Below, one piece after another: positions 8,101 to 14,482 of a DNA stretch of 28,682 nucleotides (position 1 is the first letter of the stretch; every line of letters begins with the position of its first letter). The translations under genes were made by a program, and so were the position numbers. Source of the DNA: a bacterium. GTDB taxonomy: Bacteria > UBP14 > UBA6098 > B30-G16. The notes below the pieces were generated by a model. It was not told where the DNA came from. It did not search any database and worked only from the letters and a program-made list of their open reading frames with translations. The stretch spans positions 1-28,682 of the forward strand of contig JAGGRZ010000119.1 of assembly GCA_021159335.1 (NCBI GenBank). Reading direction: 5' to 3'.

Positions 8101-8738
8101 TCACCCTGGGGAGATATTTGCCTCTCAAGGAATTCAACTATCTCGTGCTGAGCTATAACTGGCGGATTGGCAAGCATTATGTTGAGTTTCTCGGGCGTTA
8201 GGAGCTTGCCTTTCATCGGGAAGACTTCAATAGTCCCTTTTCCCCTTCTTTTTGCGCGGAATAAAGCCTCATCAGCGTGTTCGAAAAGAACCCATACATC
8301 CCTTCCATCATCAGGGAAAACCGATACCCCTATGCTGCACATAACCACTATAGCCTGAGTCCCAAACTTCATTGGACTGTTAGCAATTATCCGCAGGAAC
8401 TTTTCGCCAAACCTTTTCGCATCTTCCCTATCGAGCCCGAGAAGGAAAGCCACGAACTCGTCACCTGCATATCTGAAAACGAGACCGAGATTTTTGGTGG
8501 CATTGTAAAGAAGCCTTGAGAAATGGACAAGCGCTTTATCACCGGCAAGGTGACCGTATTGGTCGTTTATGCGTTTAAGGTCGTCTATGTCGAAAACGAA
8601 AAGGGATGCTTTTCGCCCTACTCTGGATGCTTCCTCAATAATCTTTGGCAGGAAATCGCGCATGTAGCGCCGATTATAAAGTTTTGTAAGTTCGTCAGTG
8701 TAGATAAGCCTGAATATCTTGTCGTCTTTTTTTGCCAT
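5199..8738 (-). CDS. Multidomain signalling protein: N-terminal GGDEF (diguanylate cyclase), AAA_16/STAND-type P-loop NTPase, helical region, E/K-rich linker, C-terminal HEAT-like repeats
   Basis: GGDEF (aa ~10-175): FDIDDLKRINDQYGHLAGDKAL plus RYAGDEF. Walker A (aa 222-229, nt 8052-8075): FGGEGTGKTRVLRY. Walker B-like: GAILIDNIELID. E/K-rich linker: KEEVKEEKVEKKEEEKPKVEE...EKVKEK. HEAT-like repeats: DDELRKAATKALIELGG and PEEVRFAAAKALKSL. ATG 8738 overlaps the lpd stop in TAATG. Confidence 0.85.
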   Translation of the reverse strand: MAKKDDKIFRLIYTDELTKLYNRRYMRDFLPKIIEEASRVGRKASLFVFDIDDLKRINDQYGHLAGDKALVHFSRLLYNATKNLGLVFRYAGDEFVAFLLGLDREDAKRFGEKFLRIIANSPMKFGTQAIVVMCSIGVSVFPDDGRDVWVLFEHADEALFRAKRRGKGTIEVFPMKGKLLTPEKLNIMLANPPVIAQHEIVEFLERQISPQGDRNVFTVIFGGEGTGKTRVLRYAQELAEKKLAFNLFLIGKSIWNNEPYGAIFQALDHLFCRHPDIKEMVLGRLEEDELELANARFSMENGDFIDPLKSSQTVSIKVFEMLTKMMIHLKSLGDGAILIDNIELIDEPTMQFLDTAFVHDESSKLIYVATVNAPDITLCDEMLIQKLRLTTNIAANAQIKKLELERFSVNDVQKLVGAIFDGEKLPPEAAEAMLRSSNGVPLYIIESLSYLLQSGKITVVGDRWDLSGIRADDIPVSLEDILIRRIGCMEPETLYVLKVATILGDIIDVNEISAITGLNNQLVVDALHTAERSLFVESTSNPEKFVFSHRVNKAALYQALDEQEKIELHKKVAEYDEKLSRKRFIAIGRLAFHRQFFGQYREAVDLIERLEMGMQSVIIPDRVRQLLQKRTFLDALAEKRELTNEDFEKVLTICRNMRAAIQNIRLYPIDNENVQKSLDKLFSGIKEFVDNIVSVVIISFSDESILINGQPLPPSLGDKELAKDLGGLFASYGLRGVIFTHGINRDELVSFLTSFTKKPDEVIDHWEEICAQAGIEHIHPDRIIFVAVGEQQVMPMVRPVFATAAGEAGEVAELPPEHGKLIEDLAGVARELLETLRSKELDEDMKEEVEGKLADIIGRFEALKEGVSSKEEVKEEKVEKKEEEKPKVEEALETAMAAEEEKVEEMEEIVEKVKEKPPKFLRFNEVVSLLVSGEKEARERAKEWMKQFTPKEVAQMFVDAILFGDDDELRKAATKALIELGGEVKDIFLARISPGFPQKQLRRFFEIGHYFAEEPLLLPRITEIIYKNKELAPYIYEFIVRAENPNTDMLLKSLLDSIEDEELLLKVIETISERNVTEALDSLFELVRPKRHWEDELPTIVQVKACEAIGKLDTSKAAEMLTEVVLPKPIISGFKKKPEEVRFAAAKALKSLPESLVDEGVIKKLRKDRNEKIRTLFEK

Positions 8739-10108
8739 TATACTATGTGAATGGGTTTTCGTAGCCCTGCGAGTGCAGCTTCACAAATCATCTCCGAAAG
8801 TGTGGGATGGGCAAAAATAGTTTCTGCGACCTTCGATAGCGGAGTACCAAGTTTGACGAGCGTTGTTCCTATACCAAGCAACTCGGCAGCATGATGACCT
8901 ACCGCCTGAAATCCCACAATCTTATCATCAGGGGCAGCAACCAACCTTACGAAACCATTAGCTTTCCCCTCGGTTTGTGCCCTTCCCGAAGCAACATAAG
9001 GGAACTTACCGACCTTAATGTTGTTGCCAAATCTTTCTTCAGCCTCTTTCGGTGTCAGCCCGACGATACCCACCTCAAGTGCCGAGAATATCGCTGTCGG
9101 CATAACACTTCCGTCCCACCGCCTATTAGCGCCCAGCATGTTCTCAACGGCGGTTATACCCTGATGTGTGGCTTTATGCTCGAGATAGGGCTCGCCCACT
9201 ATGTCGCCTGCAGCATATATCCCGTCGATGTTGGTCATAAGATATTCGTTCACTGAAATTTTATTTTTTTCAAAGTTTATCCCCACCTCCTGCGTGCCAT
9301 GGGGCGGTGTTACTTTTCTCCCAGTTGCGACAATTATTTCCTCACCTTCAACTACCTCACCACTTTCAAGTTTTAGCCTTACTCTATCGGCAGCTCGCTC
9401 GGCGGATACAGCTTTAGCGGATGTCATTATTTCGACGCCCTCGCCTACAAGCGCCCTGTGAACCAATGAGCTTATCTCATCATCTATTGTTGGAAGGATT
9501 CTGGGCATTATCTCAACGATTTTAACTTTCACGCCGAACGATGCGAATATGTGTGCAAACTCGACCCCTATAACTCCTCCACCAATGATAACGAGCGATT
9601 CCGGAAGGCGTTCCGTTGCCAGCGCTTTCCTGTTGTCCCACGGTGCTATTCCTGAGAGTCCATCTATGGGTGGCAAAGCAGCCTCCGAGCCGGTTGCTAT
9701 CAGTATTCGGTCGAATTGAAAACTGTGCCCATCAACCGTTTTGACAACCTCTGGTGATTCAAGGTAAGCCTCCGAATTAACTATTTTGACAGCTCGTTTC
9801 CGCAGAAGGAATTCTATCCCCTTAACGAGACGGCTAACCACGCCATCTTTGTAACCAATTATCCTTCGCCAATCGTGGGATATAGTGCATTCCCATAGAC
9901 CTCGATTTTCTAAGTTTTTCGCCTCGTTTTTTATTGCCGCCAAAGCATAAAGGGTTTTGGTTGGTATGCAGCCGTGGTTGGTGCAAACACCACCCAACCT
10001 TTCCCTCTCGAAAACGGTAACCTCAGCGCCAAGCTGTGCTCCCCTGATGGCGGCTACATATCCGGCGGGACCACCGCCTATTATACCTATTCTTATCCTT
10101 GTTCCCAT
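8738..10108 (-). CDS. lpd: Dihydrolipoyl (lipoamide) dehydrogenase, E3-type flavoprotein disulfide reductase
   Basis: FAD site GIIGGGPAGY, redox disulfide GGVCTNHGCIPTK, NAD site IIGGGVIGVEFA, and C-terminal HAHPTLSE dimer-interface His-Glu signature. No E1 or E2 genes in the window. Confidence 0.9.
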   Translation of the reverse strand: MGTRIRIGIIGGGPAGYVAAIRGAQLGAEVTVFERERLGGVCTNHGCIPTKTLYALAAIKNEAKNLENRGLWECTISHDWRRIIGYKDGVVSRLVKGIEFLLRKRAVKIVNSEAYLESPEVVKTVDGHSFQFDRILIATGSEAALPPIDGLSGIAPWDNRKALATERLPESLVIIGGGVIGVEFAHIFASFGVKVKIVEIMPRILPTIDDEISSLVHRALVGEGVEIMTSAKAVSAERAADRVRLKLESGEVVEGEEIIVATGRKVTPPHGTQEVGINFEKNKISVNEYLMTNIDGIYAAGDIVGEPYLEHKATHQGITAVENMLGANRRWDGSVMPTAIFSALEVGIVGLTPKEAEERFGNNIKVGKFPYVASGRAQTEGKANGFVRLVAAPDDKIVGFQAVGHHAAELLGIGTTLVKLGTPLSKVAETIFAHPTLSEMICEAALAGLRKPIHIV

Positions 10109-10250
10109 TTTGATTTCTTAGAGTTTAATTTCATAAAAAAATCCGCATTAGTCAATCTAATTTCGCTTTTAAATTAATTAACAACACAAAAATATTGTTT
10201 CAATTATTTCCCTTGTCCCCAATAAATTTCCTTTTTATGTTTAATTTTAA
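10109..10250. promoter_or_regulatory. AT-rich divergent intergenic region (lpd operon on minus, mscS on plus)
   Basis: 142 bp of AT-rich sequence. For mscS: TTGTCC (10213-10218), 17-nt spacer, TATGTT (10236-10241). For the minus strand: candidate TTGAAA-N17-TAATTA and TTGACT elements. Motif-level only. Confidence 0.3.
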
Positions 10251-11216
10251 GTGGGCACATTGACGAAAATAATAGAAAGTAGCCTTGGAATTCCAGCACA
10301 TATTCAGGTAAATCTATTTGCCACCATTCTCGTTGTCCTTCTTTTATGGTTAATCCGCCTCACCATTATAAAAATCGTCAATAAACGCACTGAAGATGTT
10401 AGAACTCGCTATATATGGCGAAAGACCACAACATATGTCGTAGCGGTGGTTGGGATTCTCATAATAGGCAGAATATGGTTCATAGGATTCCAGACGCTGA
10501 CAACATTTATCGGCATATTTTCCGCTGGACTCGCTATAGCGCTTAAGGATGCAATAAGCAACTTTGCCGGCTGGATTTACATAAGCTGGCGGCGACCGTT
10601 CATAGTAGGAGACAGAATACAGATAGGCGATTTCGCCGGTGATGTTATCGATATAAACATGTTCGACTTCACATTACTCGAAATAGGCAACTGGGTCAAG
10701 GCGGACCAGAGCACGGGACGTATGCTACATATTCCGAACGGCAAAGTCTTTGTGGAACCTGTGGCAAACTACTCGCAGGGATTTCCATTTATATGGAACG
10801 AGATACCCGTTCTCCTTTCGTATGAGAGCAACTGGCGAAAAGCAAAAGAAATTCTTTACGAAATCATAGAGCAACATACCATGAAGCTATCTCAAAAAGC
10901 CGAGCAAAAAATTCGAGAAGCGAGCGAGAAATTCCTTATCTACTACAAAAAGCTTTCGCCGATAATTTACACTACCACTCAGGCAAGCGGCATTTTACTT
11001 ACTTTGCGCTATCTATGTCCACCGAGGGAACGCAGAGGTAGTGAGGATGCGATATGGCGCGAAATATTGAGCCGATTCGCCGAGCACGACGACATAGAAC
11101 TCGCCTATCCAACGACGAGAATCTACAGTAGATTATTTGAGAAACAGCCAGCGAAGCAACAATTTGAGGAATCGCCGCAATCTGAGGATGGCTCTGAAGA
11201 CAAACCGGCAAAGTAG
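10251..11216 (+). CDS. Small-conductance mechanosensitive channel, MscS family
   Basis: Three N-terminal TM helices, then the MscS pore and beta-domain signature (FAGWIYISWRRPFIVGDRIQIGDFAGDVIDINMFDFTLLEIGN). GTG start is uncertain. Confidence 0.85.
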   Translation: MGTLTKIIESSLGIPAHIQVNLFATILVVLLLWLIRLTIIKIVNKRTEDVRTRYIWRKTTTYVVAVVGILIIGRIWFIGFQTLTTFIGIFSAGLAIALKDAISNFAGWIYISWRRPFIVGDRIQIGDFAGDVIDINMFDFTLLEIGNWVKADQSTGRMLHIPNGKVFVEPVANYSQGFPFIWNEIPVLLSYESNWRKAKEILYEIIEQHTMKLSQKAEQKIREASEKFLIYYKKLSPIIYTTTQASGILLTLRYLCPPRERRGSEDAIWREILSRFAEHDDIELAYPTTRIYSRLFEKQPAKQQFEESPQSEDGSEDKPAK

Positions 11217-11236
11217 CAAATTAAAAGGTAACCAAG

Positions 11237-12262
11237 ATGCATGTCGCCATAATCGGCTTAAATCAAAGCGGAAGAACCACACTTTGGCAGTTTCTCGCTG
11301 GTGAACACGGCGGGAAAGAGAGTATAGCCACGATTCCAATCTTTGACGAAAAACTAACGCAACTCGCCAGAGTCGAGGGGTCAAAGAAGGTAAGCTATCT
11401 TGAACTTACGATTCAGGATACGGTGGGCGACATAGAAAGAAGCGGACACATATTCTCAGATGTGCAGGCAGCCAGCGGATTAGTAATAACAATACGGAAC
11501 TTCGACGCTGGATTCGGCACCCCAAACCCGGTAGACGACGCTAGAAAAATTAAAGAGATAATAATAGAACACGACCTCGACTCGATACAAAAGAGGCTGC
11601 AATCTATTGAGCGTGAACTCGGAAAAGGGCACAGCAGGGACGAGCGAGAAGCACTCGAGGAGGAAATGTCAGCGCTGAAATCTTTCGCGAACACACTTTA
11701 CGAGGGCAGATTGATAGGGAACGAAGAGCTTACTCCTATCCAGAGAAAAGTAGCAGCCAACCAAGGGCTTTTGACAGCTAAGAGGTGGATTCCCGTGCTT
11801 TGCTGCGAGGATACATGCGACGAGGAACTAAAAATGAGTGTTTACGATGTCTTTGGAAGCGAGGTGATAGCGACGGCAGCCAAACTTGAGCTCGAACTAT
11901 GCGAACTCGCCGATGACGAGGCACAGGCTTTCAGAAAAGAACTGGGACTAAGCGAGGAGAGTTTAAGGGAAAGCGTGGTAGCTAAAATCTTTGAATCGCT
12001 TCGGCTAACCACATTTTACACTGCCAACCAGAACGAAGCTCGGGCACACGCAGTTCCTCATGGTGCAACGGCTATTGAGGCTGCGGCGAAAGTTCACACA
12101 GACATAGCCAAAGGGTTCATATGCGCTGAGGTGGCAAAAATTGATGATGTGATTCAAGCGGGCGGATTCGCAAAAGCAAAAACGAAAAATATGGTAAAAA
12201 GAGCTGACAAAAATTACACAGTTCAGGACGGCGATGTAATATTTTTCCGCTTCAATGTCTGA
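11237..12262 (+). CDS. YchF/OLA1-family P-loop protein with C-terminal TGS domain (divergent G1 motif)
   Basis: C-terminus TFYTANQNEARAHAVPHGATAIEAAAKVHTDIAKGFICAEV...DGDVIFFRFNV is collinear with the YchF TGS domain. N-terminal P-loop reads GLNQSGRTT, with Arg where Lys is expected. DxxG appears as DTVG. Confidence 0.7.
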   Translation: MHVAIIGLNQSGRTTLWQFLAGEHGGKESIATIPIFDEKLTQLARVEGSKKVSYLELTIQDTVGDIERSGHIFSDVQAASGLVITIRNFDAGFGTPNPVDDARKIKEIIIEHDLDSIQKRLQSIERELGKGHSRDEREALEEEMSALKSFANTLYEGRLIGNEELTPIQRKVAANQGLLTAKRWIPVLCCEDTCDEELKMSVYDVFGSEVIATAAKLELELCELADDEAQAFRKELGLSEESLRESVVAKIFESLRLTTFYTANQNEARAHAVPHGATAIEAAAKVHTDIAKGFICAEVAKIDDVIQAGGFAKAKTKNMVKRADKNYTVQDGDVIFFRFNV

Positions 12263-12286
12263 ACACCAACGCCAAAACCATATGAT

Positions 12287-12317
12287 TTGACATGTGGGAA
12301 AAGTATCGTATTTTAAT
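12287..12317 (+). promoter_or_regulatory. Putative promoter upstream of the OB-fold membrane protein gene
   Basis: TTGACA (12287-12292), ~19-nt spacer, TTTAAT. SD AAGGG lies 5 nt before ATG 12329. Spacing is suboptimal. Confidence 0.25.
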
Positions 12318-12328
12318 AAAGGGTTAAG

Positions 12329-13816
12329 ATGGAAAAGGAAAAAATAAGCGAGAATTATTCGGAAGAAGGGGCATATTGTCCTTCATGCGGGCGCTATGTG
12401 GGGAATTACGATGTTTGTCCGTATTGCGGCGCCCATGTTAGAACGCGGGTTTCGCTCAAAGTGCTCAAAATAACTGCTATAACAATATCTATTATCGGTC
12501 TATTTTTGCTATGGTGGGTTACGAGCCAGAAATCTGTGCCAACTCTTGTGGCAAGCGAAATCCAGCCAACATCAAACTTTTCGTATGTTCAGATGAAGGG
12601 GGTGGTAACAAAAGCACCAGCATATGATTCCCTTTCCCAAACGCTCTCTTTCCCCATAGACGACGGCACAGGCAGAATCTGGATAAAAGCCTACGGCAAG
12701 CAGGCAGAAGAAATAGTGTCAACTAACAAACTGCCCAAGCCCGGCGACACCGTCTCAATAGAAGGAACGATACGAATAAAAGGTGACTTCAAATACATGA
12801 TAATAAATCTTCCTGAAAAACTTTCCATAAAAGTTCCCGAGCCTATCGAACTGAACATTTCTGAGCTCTCCGATTCACTCTTGGGCGCAGTGGTCAAAAC
12901 GAGCGGAGTGGTAAGTTATATCAAAAGCTACGACAATCTGACGAAGATAAAACTGTGTCAACCCGAAAAGCGGAAACAATGCATAGATGTAACATTCTTC
13001 TACAGTTCATTCCCACAATACAGGGATTCACTCATTTTCTACTACGGTGACACGGTAAAGCTTACCGCTATGCTAAGCATGTATCGTGACCGACTCGTGC
13101 TAACTCCGCGCTCGGTCGAGGAAACGAAAGTAATACCCGGCACGAGAAAGCCAAGGAAGTCAGCAAAACCACCGGAGAACGCACCGAAAGTCAAAATCTC
13201 AGAACTATCGAGGTCAATGCTGGGTGAGTTCGTGAAAGTTGATGGTGTTATAACGCGAATCCGTGACATAAAGGGCGGAGTGCTCGTAACCATCGATGAC
13301 GGCACAGGGCGAATGACATTCCCGATATGGCAAAGTGTCCTCGACCACATACCCGACAAAGAGCTTCTTGCAAAAGGCGCAACGATAGAATTTGCGGGCA
13401 AAGTAAAGGAATACCGCGGAAGGCTTGAAGTAGTGCCTACATGGGGGCAAAGCGTAAAGATAAAGAAGGGCGAAGGCGAATTAACTGAAAACATTGCCGA
13501 AAAGGTCGAGCAAGAAACAGACGAGGAACCGCTTCTTATCAACCTTCTTGAGCTCGATAGGTCGCTTCTCGGGCAAAAAGTAACGGTTGAGGGAGAAATA
13601 ACGAGGATAAAGCCTATAAGGGGCGGGATACTTATAACAATTCGCCAGGGCGACGAATACATGACCACACCACTTTGGGACAGAGTTCTTGAAACCTCAA
13701 AAGATGCTGACCGTTTGAAAAAAGGCGCAAAAATAAGACTTACTGGTATCGTCAAGGAATACCGAGGGCGTCTTGAGGTAGTGCCCCAGAAGGGGAGCGA
13801 TGTGGTGGTGAGGTAG
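12329..13816 (+). CDS. Membrane-anchored protein: N-terminal Cys4 zinc ribbon, one TM helix, four tandem RPA-like OB-fold (tRNA_anti-type) domains
   Basis: Zinc ribbon CPSCGRY...CPYCG (aa 17-33). Positive-inside flank, then TM (aa 44-66). OB folds at aa ~78-165, 176-262, 288-378 and 403-495, with DDGTGR(I/M) and KEYRGRLEVVP motifs. Confidence 0.7.
   Translation: MEKEKISENYSEEGAYCPSCGRYVGNYDVCPYCGAHVRTRVSLKVLKITAITISIIGLFLLWWVTSQKSVPTLVASEIQPTSNFSYVQMKGVVTKAPAYDSLSQTLSFPIDDGTGRIWIKAYGKQAEEIVSTNKLPKPGDTVSIEGTIRIKGDFKYMIINLPEKLSIKVPEPIELNISELSDSLLGAVVKTSGVVSYIKSYDNLTKIKLCQPEKRKQCIDVTFFYSSFPQYRDSLIFYYGDTVKLTAMLSMYRDRLVLTPRSVEETKVIPGTRKPRKSAKPPENAPKVKISELSRSMLGEFVKVDGVITRIRDIKGGVLVTIDDGTGRMTFPIWQSVLDHIPDKELLAKGATIEFAGKVKEYRGRLEVVPTWGQSVKIKKGEGELTENIAEKVEQETDEEPLLINLLELDRSLLGQKVTVEGEITRIKPIRGGILITIRQGDEYMTTPLWDRVLETSKDADRLKKGAKIRLTGIVKEYRGRLEVVPQKGSDVVVR
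13190..13813 (+). repeat. Diverged intragenic tandem duplication (OB-fold units 3 and 4, period ~345 bp)
   Basis: aaggaataccgcggaaggcttgaagtagtgcc (~13407) versus aaggaataccgagggcgtcttgaggtagtgcc (~13753). Encoded units are ~45% identical over ~90 aa. Confidence 0.6.
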
Positions 13817-14028
13817 GAAAATTTTCCGTTTTCAACCGCAAAAAAGTCAATTGAGCATCGTTCAAACTATCCAGCGATTAAAGCGTGACAGAAAAAAATA
13901 TGCTTGGTTAAAGAATTTTGGATCCAGTTTCAAATGATAACAATTAAATTTAACCTTGAACTGAATTATTATTGAATTAATATCATAGTAATTTGTTACT
14001 GAGTAAAAACCATCAAAGAAGGTGAGCT
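13817..14028 (+). promoter_or_regulatory. AT-rich upstream region of the hsp20-lon unit (putative promoter/operator)
   Basis: 212-bp AT-rich gap. Candidate TTGAAC (13956-13961), N19, TATCAT (13981-13986). Palindrome TTACT-G-AGTAA at 13996-14006, 23 nt upstream of the hsp20 ATG. SD AAGGTGA before ATG 14029. Confidence 0.3.
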
Positions 14029-14478
14029 ATGGGCACAATGATAAAGAGAAAGGTAACTTTCGCCGAGGACGAGTTAATGCCAATAGACGATGACATACTA
14101 AGAATTATATCTGATTTTTCGGAACTGAGGTTCCCAACATTCATCGAGCACACGAGAAAGTGGCATCCACCGGTGGATGTCGTCGAAGACGAGGATAGAC
14201 TTATAATACTGGTTGACCTCGCCGGAATACTTGTCGAGGATGTGAGGGTAAAAAAAGAGGGAAACACTATAATAATACAGGGCATAAGAAGGCAGCTTCT
14301 CCCATTAAAAAACCCGGTTTATCATCATATGGAAATAGACTACGGCGAGTTCGAGCGCGGAATAAGAATCCCAAGAAAATTCCAGAATGGTGAAATAAAA
14401 GCTTCCTACAAGGATGGATTTATGAAAATAGAGATAAAGCTTCCCGAACATTACGAGAGAAGAATAGAAGTGGAGTAA
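14029..14478 (+). CDS. Hsp20/alpha-crystallin family small heat shock protein
   Basis: WHPPVDVVEDEDRLIILVDLAGI...GEFERGIRIPRKF...GFMKIEI matches the alpha-crystallin domain. Confidence 0.9.
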   Translation: MGTMIKRKVTFAEDELMPIDDDILRIISDFSELRFPTFIEHTRKWHPPVDVVEDEDRLIILVDLAGILVEDVRVKKEGNTIIIQGIRRQLLPLKNPVYHHMEIDYGEFERGIRIPRKFQNGEIKASYKDGFMKIEIKLPEHYERRIEVE

Positions 14479-14482
14479 ACTC

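Noticed and set aside
13042-13755. 237-aa minus-strand Ser-rich ORF
   Set aside because: Antisense to the OB-fold repeat gene. Low-complexity translation. The sense strand has clear domain structure.
13816-13850. GGAAAATTTTCC perfect palindrome followed by GTTTTC as a terminator after the OB-fold gene
   Set aside because: Stem is entirely A/T apart from the terminal GG/CC and has no loop. Short T-run. hsp20-lon likely has its own promoter anyway. Left as a palindrome note only.
13817-14028. tRNA/ncRNA or CIRCE/HAIR operator in the largest intergenic gap
   Set aside because: No GC-rich cloverleaf-compatible segment. No match to the CIRCE or HAIR consensus.
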